A DNA stretch of 63,962 nt, taken from a bacterium. Its GTDB lineage: Bacteria > Vulcanimicrobiota > Xenobia > Xenobiales > Xenobiaceae. Shown in pieces: positions 48,501 through 58,122 of this stretch. Position numbers and translations under genes: made by a program. The notes beneath the pieces are model-generated. The model was not told the DNA's origin. It saw only the letters and a program-made list of their open reading frames with translations, and ran no database searches. Each line of letters starts with the position of its first letter. Position 1 is the first letter of the stretch. The stretch covers positions 1 through 63,962 of the forward strand of contig JAFTAM010000182.1 in assembly GCA_017458675.1 (NCBI GenBank). Direction: 5' to 3'.

Positions 48501-48579
48501 AAGCCAGCAGCAGCAAAAGGCCCAAAAATAAGCTGAGCTTTAAAGCCGACGTCCGTCTGAGTCCGAAGGACCTATCCAT
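45565..48579 (-). CDS. Large lipoprotein: acidic linker, repeated beta-rich Tyr/Thr/Lys domains, C-terminal DnaJ-type CxxCxGxG Zn-finger
   Basis: Lipobox LLSAC; E/D/A-rich segment; CKTCKGSG, CFSCSDTG and CQTCSGKG. Confidence 0.82.
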   Translation of the reverse strand: MDRSFGLRRTSALKLSLFLGLLLLLASLLSACSDSRYDLGKGEAAAVKADLASAQRLCLLLPDYGGEIAPENLQAVLNICELSVDASANGKVSAEVPIPLYTDEEKAELLQQEAADKAAFDYEEEPLDGEDDSEGGEDSAAAGGAEEIGEDCGDCDHEHVSEPCTDDAELDSEAAELEDETAEAEPEAALETEEGGAEDGEAAEAAALEAEAVPEEEAEAQTLAAQGESAASAPSSEAGVAVPLSYDGRAHGSVRSSEAVLDENNALRIYFDIDSELFPIKLESLSLSENSGSEDGAFLFFPLQIDAEKGGCTVEIAQRQESGAEPVGGEAESLKSFRLIYDGEAGAETLYGKYVYFRITDLACEPTEFSLSYTEDGASEVKTVSIASYDDNMLTFGKILTNASYITLNKIEVGAASYETAKRIELNGSAHIEVLSYYDFVLGEPIDYIFKFTKPAGSSLKLRYTAGNSSEIREALFAGSASDYNILSSENAEARISSAADIIVLREVQVNNRYMSCSEKLTNFNPEMNSRMDLFSGYSNMDRESISYCQSVSGVSSKPASCRLYYKKYGNTTEYTASGTYNSSSQTVNFKFNANDDVTVTKIIVNSRVYSNSIALNCVKSSNTIKYANMPYAKLVVKNVKSAANYIVVTYKLYNSKTGAYSSSTYKKTAGTYSSADKTYTFSFTPSALNGIDYDTAVIKSVTLDNSVSVKDRSIAMGKTYGLLYSGLSAQNTRYAVNVTNGTANIVGRKGTMTYTLPSGKSYTANGSVRYDPVAKRYVMHFDTVKTTAASIKVNKITVGNRYYASSFTMKYGQNKNASNPNEGRNTRTLGMGSGFKACSVAYTVTLTNVPSSVSAASMKWSTASGSYTSKSKYADGKIVFTPKTSADTLTVGTITAGSKKSIKSFALTPKKRSYSLSCSSQMGKKGNKWVSQTCSACYVKGGGKCKTCKGSGKVACSAFKMAGASKCFSCSDTGKMNCPTCAATKKCQTCSGKGTRNVLKAVD

Positions 48580-48624
48580 TCAATACCTCCCTTAAAGAGC
48601 TTGCAAAATCAGGGATAATAAGGC

Positions 48625-51600
48625 TTAATCTATGTCCTGACCGTAAATTAAACTGTTATTGAAGAGCATCATCTTAAAGAAGCTGTTCATACCGCCCCAC
48701 ATGCCGAATACGCTGGAAGAAGCTCCGACGGAATAGGTCATATTGGGAGTGATATAATAGTTCAATGACCAGGGCACGATATCGGAAACCGATAAATTTG
48801 TCCCCATGCCGACTGGCGTAATCGGCGGGAGAGCTCCGTAATACTGATAAGCGGCTGCGGTCAGACTGGAATCGTAGGTCTTGCCGGGAATTAAAGTGGA
48901 CAGCCGATAGGCGGAAGGGATACTGTCGGCGGCGCCGGAGCTGTTTAACAGCAGAGCCTTGCCGTAATCGGCATAAATATCCGCAAAGCTGACTTCCTTC
49001 CCGGTATCCTCGCCGACAACGGCGGCCAGCAGATCAAAATCCTTATGAGCAGCTCCGTACGGTAAATTAGCATAGTCGCTGTCATTGGGAGAACTGTTGT
49101 AAAATTTGTTAACCGTATTTAAACCGTAGTGATCGTAAAGATAGGTCAGGAAGAAGCAGCCCTGGCCGTAATTGGCAATCGTAGAGCTTCCCGAAGCGGC
49201 ATAATAGCCGGCGTCTTTAATGCTGTAGCTGCCGAGGCCGTTCAGATAAGAATACGACTTAACTCGGCGGTCCAAAGCCTTGGATGCATAACTGACTGCC
49301 CAGGAGGGCAGAGACGTCAGACCGACAAGGTTTTGGAATTCCGAAAAATCCCCGGTTCTGTCGTCGCAGCCGAAACCGCACAGGAAGCTGCACAGATCGG
49401 CATGGCCCTCTTCCAGAATGCTCATTCTGTCTACATAGCGATTGGCAGCCGCAATGTAACCGTCGGGCATATCGCGGAAGGCTCGGGTATTGAACGACAC
49501 CATATGGGCAAATTCATGGGCGAAATTTGAACACATGCTGGCCGGATCGAACTGCTGATATTTCGAGTAATTAAATGTGATCATCTCACATTCGTTGCTG
49601 GTATTTATCAGTTTCCTGGGGAAGCAGTTGGTGGCTATAGTATAAGCGATAGTGCCGCTTTCTCCGATATCGGCAATTGATATTACAACCTTTTCGAGTT
49701 CGCTTACGCCGCCTCCGCAGCCGTATCCGCATTCATGGCCGACGTCGGAGCGGATGCGCTCAAGCACAGGCTTGCCCTCTGAATCGAAGGGATTCTTGAC
49801 GCCCAGCATATAATCTATCATCAGAACTTGGAGAAGATCTACAGAGTTTGTCAGATCCAGAAGCGGCGTACCGTCCTTAATCTCCGCTAAAATAATGACC
49901 TTCCCCGAAGTCCTGTAGCCATTGCTTAAAGTCAAGCCGTCGCCGCCCAAAATTACCTTGGCGTCATAAGAGGCTTTGCGTACGGAGTCGTATACGCCGC
50001 TGACGGTGTCTCCGCTTTTGGCGTTGACATAATCGAGAGTCTTCGGATAAGCGTCGTCCATACTGAAATTGAGCCGGGAACCGCCCGAATTCTTTTTGAA
50101 CTTCTCAAAAGCTTCGGCTTCCTGTCTGCGGATCTCCGACTCGCCCTGCCCGCCGCCGTCAAGAGTTTTTGTCAATCTTCCGTCCGCCTCCGCCGCCGAC
50201 TGATTGACGGCCGAGGGCGTTCCTCCGGCGATACCGCCGCTGAAGCCGCCCTTGGTAGAGGTTCCGTCCGGCGCATAAATCGCCAGCGTCACCGCCCGAT
50301 TATTTGACAAATCGGCCTGTCCGTACTGATACAAACTGTCGCTGCAGACGCCTGAAGCATAAGCTTTCAGGTCGGCGTACCGGCTGCCCAGAGCCGCTCT
50401 GAACGTAGATTCGCCGGCCCGGCCTATTCTCCAGGAGTTATTGGCCGCGCCCTTGGTCATATCCGAACTGGACCACACCGCCTCGGTCGAGACGTCGCGG
50501 GTCTGGATAATTTTGCCGGAATTGAAGGTCAGCTCAGCCTGGGCGCTCCCGACGACGTATTCGCCAGGTCTCTTCAAGCTATGACCGGGAGAAGCCGCAA
50601 AGGACTTAATGTAAGCGTCCATGGCGCTGCCGGAAGCGACGCTGACGCCGTTTAAAACCGCCTTATTGTCCTCGCCGAAATTCAGGGCCTGATAATGCAG
50701 ACCGGCCAGCTGGCCGGAAGTATTTTTCACCTTTATGACAATGCCGTCGGCTTCGGACGAAACCTCGTCAAAACTCAGGGATGAGGAACTGTTTCTGCTG
50801 AACTCTTCGCTGACCGCAGTCCCTTCCTTAAAAAGCTGACAGTAAATCAGCGAAGAATTCGCCGGCAGGCCGTCGGCGGCGAAATTGATTTCGACGCTGT
50901 ATGCCGGCGGAATATCGGCGACAAAAATCTGCGCCGATGAAGAGGTTAAACCTCTGTAGGAGGCGCTGATGATATATTGGCCCGCTTCATAGACCTTGAG
51001 CCGGTACTTTGCTTCAGAAGAATAATACTCCAAATAAGGGGCGCTGTTTAAAGCGAAATCCTCCCAGCCGCAGATATCGCTTCGGCTGAAGGTCTCCGAC
51101 CAGCCGTCTGCGTAGCCGTAAGTCAGGGCGGGCTCAGTACTGACGGTTAAATAGCCGTCGGCGTTCTTATTTATGAGCTGATATTCTGCAGGCGAAATGC
51201 TTAAGCTCAGCTCGGCTTTTTCCTGAGCAAACTGCTCCCCGGTCAGCAAATCGGGCTGGTTAATCCTGCAGATCTGCCCTTCCTTCAGGCTGATATTCTG
51301 TTCAAACATGCCCCAGGGCTCGCCGTCGGAGGTCTTTATGACGCCGATAACCTTGACGGTATTTTTGTTTATATCCGCAAAGGTCGAATTCAAATCGGAA
51401 ACGCCCTGCTCGCTGAAAAGCAGCGTGCCCCGGCTGCTGTAGCCGCGCGCCTCATAAACGGCGCCCGAAGGCAGTCCGGAAGAGCTGAGATCGATATTGA
51501 GCTGATAATCTCCGCTTACAGGACTGGAAGAGTCGATAACTTCTACAGAGAATACGCCCGTAATGCCCCGATAGCTCACCGAAACCGTATACTCGCCGGC

Positions 51601-52992
51601 CTCAAAGAAGCGAAATACTCCGTACTCCTCCGAATCCGAATCTTCCGCCTTGAAACTGCAGAGCCGCTCCAGGAAATCGCCGGCCGAGCTGTAAGCCCAG
51701 ACCCCGGGAATAATGCTGTAGCGAACCTCGGCGCTGCAGTGCACATAGACGCTGCGGCTGTCCGATTCGGTCTTTTCGTAAACCAGTTCCTCATCGGCGA
51801 GATCGTAAACCGCTTTATCGCCGCTTATGACCATCTCGCCGCAGGCAGCCAGTTCTTCGCCGCAGATAATCCGGGGATTGCTCAGCGTGCAGCTCTTTTG
51901 TCCCTTCAAATTTACATCTGCACAGAAGATACCGTAAACCTGACCGTCGCTCTCCAGCAGAATGCCGGCCACCTTGGCGACGCTCTGATCGGCCTCAAGG
52001 CAATCCTTTAAACCGGCGCAGTTTTTGCGGAAGCGAAGCTGATTGTCAGCGTCATAGCCGCGCGCCTCCAAACTGAGATCGGAAGGCAGGCAGCAGCGGC
52101 TTAAATCCAGCTTCAGAGCGCAGGGCTTTTCTGCGGGAACAGGCTCGGGATCGGCGACGGTAATCGGATCAATACTGTTTCCGGCGTTATCCGCCGCGGC
52201 GTCTCCGCCGGCAGGCTCGGAGGGGCTAGCCTTTTCAGGGGCTGAGGCCGCTCTGACAATAATATCGGCGGCGATCTGTTTTTGGCCGAGAGAAGCGTAA
52301 ACCTTTACGCCGCCGCCGGAAAGAGCTTTAAAGCTTCCTCCGCCTAAGTGCCTGAGCACGGAATTATTGGAGCTTTCCCAAACCAGGCGGCTGCAGGAGG
52401 TAAGATCGCAGAGCAGTTCCGCTCCGTTTCGGCAGCTGAACGCGCCCTCGGCCTTGAGCTGAACCTTCTCCCCCGTCCTGAGCTTAACGGGAGCGGCCGA
52501 TGAAAAGCGCAGAAGGCTCAGACGCTCGCCCAGTTCGGCGGCGGTGGAAGCAAAATCGGGATTATTCAGCGTAACTTCAGCGCCGGAAGTTAAATCCAAA
52601 GCTATGCTTTCGGTCAAGCCTATGGGGTTTTGATATTTATCTCTTAACAGGCAGACCAGAGACTGAGCCGAGACGGGCACGCCGTGCAGAGTGACGCAGC
52701 CCAGCTTAAAATCGCCGCGCTGAACCGTTTTTGTATAACAGACGTTCAAATTCTCATCATAAAGAGTGAATTCAAAGCTCCTGACGGTAAGCTCGACGGT
52801 CTTGTATTCCGGGAAATCGAACTTTATTTTAATATCGGCGGTCCTTTGTCCGGCGCTTATCGCCGAAATTCCGCTGGCGTCGGCGCTTACCCGCGAATCG
52901 CCGCAGCCTGCCGCCGAAAAGGCCGAAGCCGCCAGCATAAAAGCGATAGAGGCAAAGGCAATTTTCGCATTGTTCCTGTTGAAAAGATCCAT
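48625..52992 (-). CDS. Giant lipoprotein with Ig-like repeats and a C-terminal HExxH metallopeptidase-like domain (copy 1)
   Basis: Lipobox AAGC; WESSN and WSSSD; FAHEFAH followed by ILEEGHAD (gluzincin-like). Start moved to ATG 52992 by paralogy. Confidence 0.8.
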   Translation of the reverse strand: MDLFNRNNAKIAFASIAFMLAASAFSAAGCGDSRVSADASGISAISAGQRTADIKIKFDFPEYKTVELTVRSFEFTLYDENLNVCYTKTVQRGDFKLGCVTLHGVPVSAQSLVCLLRDKYQNPIGLTESIALDLTSGAEVTLNNPDFASTAAELGERLSLLRFSSAAPVKLRTGEKVQLKAEGAFSCRNGAELLCDLTSCSRLVWESSNNSVLRHLGGGSFKALSGGGVKVYASLGQKQIAADIIVRAASAPEKASPSEPAGGDAAADNAGNSIDPITVADPEPVPAEKPCALKLDLSRCCLPSDLSLEARGYDADNQLRFRKNCAGLKDCLEADQSVAKVAGILLESDGQVYGIFCADVNLKGQKSCTLSNPRIICGEELAACGEMVISGDKAVYDLADEELVYEKTESDSRSVYVHCSAEVRYSIIPGVWAYSSAGDFLERLCSFKAEDSDSEEYGVFRFFEAGEYTVSVSYRGITGVFSVEVIDSSSPVSGDYQLNIDLSSSGLPSGAVYEARGYSSRGTLLFSEQGVSDLNSTFADINKNTVKVIGVIKTSDGEPWGMFEQNISLKEGQICRINQPDLLTGEQFAQEKAELSLSISPAEYQLINKNADGYLTVSTEPALTYGYADGWSETFSRSDICGWEDFALNSAPYLEYYSSEAKYRLKVYEAGQYIISASYRGLTSSSAQIFVADIPPAYSVEINFAADGLPANSSLIYCQLFKEGTAVSEEFSRNSSSSLSFDEVSSEADGIVIKVKNTSGQLAGLHYQALNFGEDNKAVLNGVSVASGSAMDAYIKSFAASPGHSLKRPGEYVVGSAQAELTFNSGKIIQTRDVSTEAVWSSSDMTKGAANNSWRIGRAGESTFRAALGSRYADLKAYASGVCSDSLYQYGQADLSNNRAVTLAIYAPDGTSTKGGFSGGIAGGTPSAVNQSAAEADGRLTKTLDGGGQGESEIRRQEAEAFEKFKKNSGGSRLNFSMDDAYPKTLDYVNAKSGDTVSGVYDSVRKASYDAKVILGGDGLTLSNGYRTSGKVIILAEIKDGTPLLDLTNSVDLLQVLMIDYMLGVKNPFDSEGKPVLERIRSDVGHECGYGCGGGVSELEKVVISIADIGESGTIAYTIATNCFPRKLINTSNECEMITFNYSKYQQFDPASMCSNFAHEFAHMVSFNTRAFRDMPDGYIAAANRYVDRMSILEEGHADLCSFLCGFGCDDRTGDFSEFQNLVGLTSLPSWAVSYASKALDRRVKSYSYLNGLGSYSIKDAGYYAASGSSTIANYGQGCFFLTYLYDHYGLNTVNKFYNSSPNDSDYANLPYGAAHKDFDLLAAVVGEDTGKEVSFADIYADYGKALLLNSSGAADSIPSAYRLSTLIPGKTYDSSLTAAAYQYYGALPPITPVGMGTNLSVSDIVPWSLNYYITPNMTYSVGASSSVFGMWGGMNSFFKMMLFNNSLIYGQDID

Positions 52993-53151
52993 ACCGCCGC
53001 CTTTCGTCAATAAAATAATTTCTGTTGACGCAGAGTATTTCCGCAGTTAAATGCCGCTTAAACGCAGACTGCACGCTTTAATTATAACAAAACCACGCTG
53101 TTTTCAATTTATTATCGGTTAATTTTTTGTAAATATAGATCGAACCGAGCT

Positions 53152-56100
53152 TTAGTTCAGATCGCGCTCGTATGTGCAGCCGCCGAACATCAGCATTTTA
53201 AAGCGGCTCGTCAGGCTGCCCCACATGCCGAAAATGCCGGTGGAGGGACCGAGCGAATAAGACATATCAGGGGTGATATAGTAATTTAAAGACCAGGGGA
53301 CAACGCCGCTTTCCGTGAAAGCGGTTCCCTTATTTACAGGCGTAATTTTCGGCAGATCACCGTACCAGCGGTATTCTTCGGGAGTAAAGCCGGAATCGTA
53401 GGACCTGCCGGGAACTAAAGTAAAAAGCCGGTAATCGGAGGGGATACCGTCCGCCTCACAGATGCTGTTGAAAAGCAGAGTCTTGCCGTATTCTTCGTAA
53501 AGCTCCTCAAAGCTGACCGTTCTTCCCTCAGCTTCGCCGACGATGCGGGCCAGCATATCGTAGTCCTTATGAGAAGCCCCTGCGGGTATATCCTGATACT
53601 CGCTGTCATAGGGAGAGCTTTCGGTAAATTTCTTTACGGCGCTCAGACCGTAACGGTCGTAAAGATAGGCTAAAAAGAAACAGCCCTGTCCGTAGTTGGC
53701 TATGGTTGAATTGCCCGCGCTTCCGCAGTAGCCGGAATCTTTAATGCTGTAGCTGCTTATCTGCTTCAGATAGAGATGAGCTTTAGCCCGGCGATCCAAA
53801 GCCTTGGAACAATACACGCCGGCCCGGTCAGGCAGCGAATCCGCGCCCGTAAGCTCCTTAAACTCCGCAAAGCTCTCAGTCCTGTCGTCAATGCCGAAGC
53901 CGCACAGGAAACAGCAAAGATCGGCGCGTCCCTTCTCCAGATCGGAGGCCCGGCGGAAATACGCCTTTATGGCCTGGTTATAGCCGTCGGGCATATCCCG
54001 GAAGCTTCTGGCGTTATAAGAAACCAGATGTGAAAATTCATGGGCAAAGTTAGAGCAGATGCTGGGCGTATCAAACTGCAGATATTTAAAGTAATTGAAC
54101 GTGATCATTTCACATTCGTTGCTGTTGCTGTATATGCTTTTGGGGAAGCAATTGGTGGCGGTCGTATAGGCGATAGCTGCGCCTTCGCCCATATCGGCTA
54201 CGGATATGACGACCTTTTCAAGTCCGCTGACGCCGCCTCCGCTTCCGTAGCCGCATTCATGGCCCAAATCCTGACGGATGCGATCGAGAACGGGCAGGCC
54301 GTCCTTGTCGAAGGGGTTCTTTACGCCCATCATATAATCGATCAGAAGAACCTTCCGCAGTTCCTCGGGATCACTCAAATCCAACAGCGGCGCGCCGTCC
54401 TTTATTTCCGCCAGAATAATAATCTTGCCCGAAGTGCGGTAGCCGTTGGGCAGAGTTATGCCTTCATTGCCCAAAATCACCTGAGCGTCGTAATAGGCGC
54501 CGCGGCTGTAATCGTATATGCCGCTGATTGTATCGCCATCTTTGGCGTTGATATAATCGAGCTTTCTTACGGCTTCATCCTTATTGAGGACGAACATGCC
54601 CGAATCGGACAAGCTGTTATTTTTCGCGGAAAAAAGCTTCTCCTCCAAATCTTCAATTTCCGATTCCGCTCTGCCCTCAATTTCAATTTGTCTCAAAAGC
54701 TCTCTGTCGGCCACAGGCTCTTCTTTGTCATAATCTGCGCCATGCTCGCCGGCGGCGGAACCGGCGGCGACTTTGCCGCCGAAGCCGCCTCTGTCGGACG
54801 TGCCGTCGGGAGTATATACAGCTATGCCGACCGCGCGGCCGCCGCTTAAATCGGCTTCGGCATACTGATAATTCTTATCGTCGCCGGCTCCGGAAGCGTA
54901 AACCTTTACGTCGGCGTACTTGCTTCCCAGGGAAGCTCTGAGCGAAAGCTCGCCGGCGCGGCTCACCCTCCAGGAATTGCCAACCGCGCCCTCGGCCATA
55001 TCGGAGCTCGACCAGATCGCTTCTGCCGAAACATCGCAATTCTGCAGGATTGTGCCGGAATTGAAGCTCAATTCGGCCTGCGCTCTCCCAATCAGAACTT
55101 CGCCCACGTTTCTCAGGGTATAGGCGGGAGAGACTGAAAAAGACTTGATATAAGCGTCCAGGCCCGCGCCCGAAGCGACGCTGACATTGTTCAGAACAGC
55201 CTCATTGCCGCTGAAGCTGAAGGCTTTGTATAAAAGACCGATCAGCTGCCCGGAAGCATTTTTAACCTTGATAACGACGCCGTCGGCTCCGCCGGAGACG
55301 CCCTCCATATTAAGAGAGGAAGCGCTGCTGCGGATGAATTCCTCGCTGACCGCGGTTCCGCCCTTAAAAAGCTGACAGCAAATCAGAGCGGAATCCTCCG
55401 GCAGGCCGGCAGCGGCAAAATTGACGGCGACGCTGTAATTTGGCGCCGGAGTATCGAAAACACTAATCTGCACCGAAGCGGAAGTCAGGCCGCGGTATGA
55501 GGCGCCGATCGCATACTGCCCGGGCTCATCAGCCTTGAGCCGGCATTTGTCGGCGGAATCATAATACTCCAAATGAGGAGAGCTGCCGAGGGCAAAGGCG
55601 TCCCAGCCCTTCAGATCCTCCCGGCCGAAAGACTCAGACCAGTTGCCGGCATAATTGTAGGTAATAACCGGCGAAGCAGAGATCGCCGCATAACCGTCGG
55701 CGTCTTTATCTTCGAGATAATAGCAGAGCTTAGGAATACTGAAGCTCAGAGAGCCCTTCTGAGCGGCAAGCTGTTCGCCGATCAGCATTGCGGGCTGACT
55801 TATCCGACAGATCTCCCCGTCTTCGAGGCTGACGTTCTGCTCAAATACGCCCCAGGGCTCTCCGCCGGACGTCTTAACTACGCCGACCACTCTGACGACA
55901 TTTTTATTTACATCTTCAAAAGTCGGATTCAGATCGGAAACATTCCCCTCGCTGAAAAGAAGCGTGTTGCGCCGGCTGTAGCCGCGCAGCTCACAGACCG
56001 CTCCAGAGGGCAGATTGGAGGCGCTGAGATCGACATTGAGCCGATAATCGCCGCTCGAGGGAGAGGCTGAATCAATAACCTCTACGGAAAAGACTCCGGT

Positions 56101-57561
56101 TACGCCGCGATAGCTGACCGAGACCGTATATTCGCCGGCTTCAAAGAAGCGGAAAACTCCGTATTCATCCGATTCCGAGTCTTCCGTCTTAAAGCGGCAG
56201 AGCTTCTCCAGGAATCTGCCGGCCGAGCTGTAGGCCCAGACCCCGGGGATTATGCTGTAGCGGACCTCGGCGCTGCAATGCACATAAACGCAGCGGCTGT
56301 CTGACTCGTTTTTTTCGTAAACTAACTCCTCGCCGCCCAGATCGTAAACCGCTTTATCGCTTGCCAGAACCATCTCGCCGCAGGCGGCCAGTTCCGAGCC
56401 GCTGAGAACCCGAGGATTGCTGAGCGTACAGCTGTCCTTCCCCTGCAAATCAACATCGGCGGCAAATACGCCGTAAACCTGGCCGTCGCCCTCCAGCAGG
56501 ACGCCGGCCACTTTGGCGACGCTCCGGTCGGCGGCAAGGCTTTCCTTTAAACCGACATTCGTACTGCGAAAGCGAAGCCGATTGTTAATATCGTAGCCGC
56601 GCACTTCAATACTGAGCCCGGCGGGCAGGCAGCAGCGGCTCAGATCCAGATTCAGCGCGCAGGGACTTTCCACCGGAACAGGTTCGGGATCGGCTGCAGT
56701 AATCGGATCGGTATCGCTTCCGGCGCTTTCGCCGCTGACCGTTCCGGCGTCGGAGCGCTCTGCATCGCTGTCCGCCGGCTTATCTTCCTGCTGAAGCTGC
56801 CCGGGAGAGGCGGCCGCCCTGACAATTATATCGACTGCGGCCTGCTTTTGGCCGATAGAGGCATAAGCCCTGACGCTGCCGCCGGAAAGAGCCTTAAAAG
56901 CGCCCCCGCCCAGGTGTCTGAGCAGAGAATTGTTCGAGCTCTCCCAGACCAGACGGCTGCAGGAAGTCAGGTCGCAGGAAAGTTCCGCGCCGCTGCGGCA
57001 GCTGAATACGCCCTCTGCCTTGAGCTGAACTTTCTCCCCCGTTCTGAGCTTAACCGGCGCGGAAGGCGACAGACGCAGCGCGCACAGGCGCTCCCCCAGT
57101 TCGGCGGCGGTAGAAGCGTAATCGGGATTGTTTACCGTAACCTCGGCGCCGGGAGCTAACTCCAAAGCGGCGCTTTCGCTCAGGCCGATGGGATTGCCGC
57201 AGGCGTCCCGGAAAAGGCAGACCAGGGACTTGGCGGAGACGGGCGCGCCCTGCAGAGTTATGCAGCCTTGCTTAAAGTCGCTGCGCGAAGCCGTTTTAGT
57301 ATAACATACGGCCAAAGCGTCATTGTAAAGCGTAAATTCAAAGCTCTTAACTTCGGAAGCGACGGCCTGATAGACAGGAAAATCAAATTTAACTTTAATA
57401 TCGGCGTTTCTTTGCGCGGCGGTTACCGCGGCCGCGCTCCCCCCGCCCTGAGCGCAGACCCGGGGTTCTCCGCAGCCGGTCAGGGAAAAGGCCGAAGCCG
57501 CCAGCAGAAAAGCGATAGAGGCAAAAGCTATTTTTGCGTTATTTTTGTTGAAAATGTCCAT
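53152..57561 (-). CDS. Giant lipoprotein HExxH metallopeptidase-like (copy 2)
   Basis: Collinear paralogue of 48625-52992; lipobox LTGC; FAHEFSH, then LEKGRAD. Confidence 0.8.
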   Translation of the reverse strand: MDIFNKNNAKIAFASIAFLLAASAFSLTGCGEPRVCAQGGGSAAAVTAAQRNADIKVKFDFPVYQAVASEVKSFEFTLYNDALAVCYTKTASRSDFKQGCITLQGAPVSAKSLVCLFRDACGNPIGLSESAALELAPGAEVTVNNPDYASTAAELGERLCALRLSPSAPVKLRTGEKVQLKAEGVFSCRSGAELSCDLTSCSRLVWESSNNSLLRHLGGGAFKALSGGSVRAYASIGQKQAAVDIIVRAAASPGQLQQEDKPADSDAERSDAGTVSGESAGSDTDPITAADPEPVPVESPCALNLDLSRCCLPAGLSIEVRGYDINNRLRFRSTNVGLKESLAADRSVAKVAGVLLEGDGQVYGVFAADVDLQGKDSCTLSNPRVLSGSELAACGEMVLASDKAVYDLGGEELVYEKNESDSRCVYVHCSAEVRYSIIPGVWAYSSAGRFLEKLCRFKTEDSESDEYGVFRFFEAGEYTVSVSYRGVTGVFSVEVIDSASPSSGDYRLNVDLSASNLPSGAVCELRGYSRRNTLLFSEGNVSDLNPTFEDVNKNVVRVVGVVKTSGGEPWGVFEQNVSLEDGEICRISQPAMLIGEQLAAQKGSLSFSIPKLCYYLEDKDADGYAAISASPVITYNYAGNWSESFGREDLKGWDAFALGSSPHLEYYDSADKCRLKADEPGQYAIGASYRGLTSASVQISVFDTPAPNYSVAVNFAAAGLPEDSALICCQLFKGGTAVSEEFIRSSASSLNMEGVSGGADGVVIKVKNASGQLIGLLYKAFSFSGNEAVLNNVSVASGAGLDAYIKSFSVSPAYTLRNVGEVLIGRAQAELSFNSGTILQNCDVSAEAIWSSSDMAEGAVGNSWRVSRAGELSLRASLGSKYADVKVYASGAGDDKNYQYAEADLSGGRAVGIAVYTPDGTSDRGGFGGKVAAGSAAGEHGADYDKEEPVADRELLRQIEIEGRAESEIEDLEEKLFSAKNNSLSDSGMFVLNKDEAVRKLDYINAKDGDTISGIYDYSRGAYYDAQVILGNEGITLPNGYRTSGKIIILAEIKDGAPLLDLSDPEELRKVLLIDYMMGVKNPFDKDGLPVLDRIRQDLGHECGYGSGGGVSGLEKVVISVADMGEGAAIAYTTATNCFPKSIYSNSNECEMITFNYFKYLQFDTPSICSNFAHEFSHLVSYNARSFRDMPDGYNQAIKAYFRRASDLEKGRADLCCFLCGFGIDDRTESFAEFKELTGADSLPDRAGVYCSKALDRRAKAHLYLKQISSYSIKDSGYCGSAGNSTIANYGQGCFFLAYLYDRYGLSAVKKFTESSPYDSEYQDIPAGASHKDYDMLARIVGEAEGRTVSFEELYEEYGKTLLFNSICEADGIPSDYRLFTLVPGRSYDSGFTPEEYRWYGDLPKITPVNKGTAFTESGVVPWSLNYYITPDMSYSLGPSTGIFGMWGSLTSRFKMLMFGGCTYERDLN

Positions 57562-57863
57562 TCTGACGCCTTTGTCTCCAATACCGCGAAATTTAAAGCC
57601 CGCCGAAAGGCAGCGCCTTCATTATAGCAGAAAAACGGCGTTTGCGAGTTTTCGCCGGTGAAAATTTTGTAAATTGAGACGGACACAACGCGCAGGGACA
57701 GACTTTTTTCCGCACTCTGCAGCCGACGGCAATGCAGAGGACCGGGATTCCGGCGGATAAAAAGCGGTCGCGCCATTAATAGAGCTCGTCCTTTGGAAAG
57801 AGCGAGCTCTGCGGAGAATATTCAGTCCTTTTACAGCTGAAAATCTATAGCTTTATACAAGAC

Positions 57864-58114
57864 AGACCCTTCGACAAGCTCAGGATGACATTACAGGCAT
57901 TGTTTAAGAGTAAATCCCTTTTGAGCGCAGCGCTCACACTTGTCATTCTGAGCGGCAGCGAAGAATCTATAACTTTCAGACAGATCCTTCGCCGGAGGCT
58001 CAGGATGACAAATTTTGGATTCAGAATGACAAACTTTGGCCTCAGGTTGACAAATACTCTGTCATTCTGAGTGCAGCGAACACACTTGTCATTCTGAGCG
58101 ACAGCGAAGAATCT
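57864..58114. repeat. Cluster of REP-like palindromic units
   Basis: Alternating gtcattctgagcg.cagcgaagaatct and aga.ccttcg....gctcaggatgaca units plus partial copies. Confidence 0.8.
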
Positions 58115-58122
58115 ATACTGCT

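Noticed and set aside
57864-58114. REP cluster as a CRISPR array, and the ORF at 57885-58070
   Set aside because: Units alternate in orientation and are degenerate with irregular spacing; the ORF is simply a translation of the repeats.
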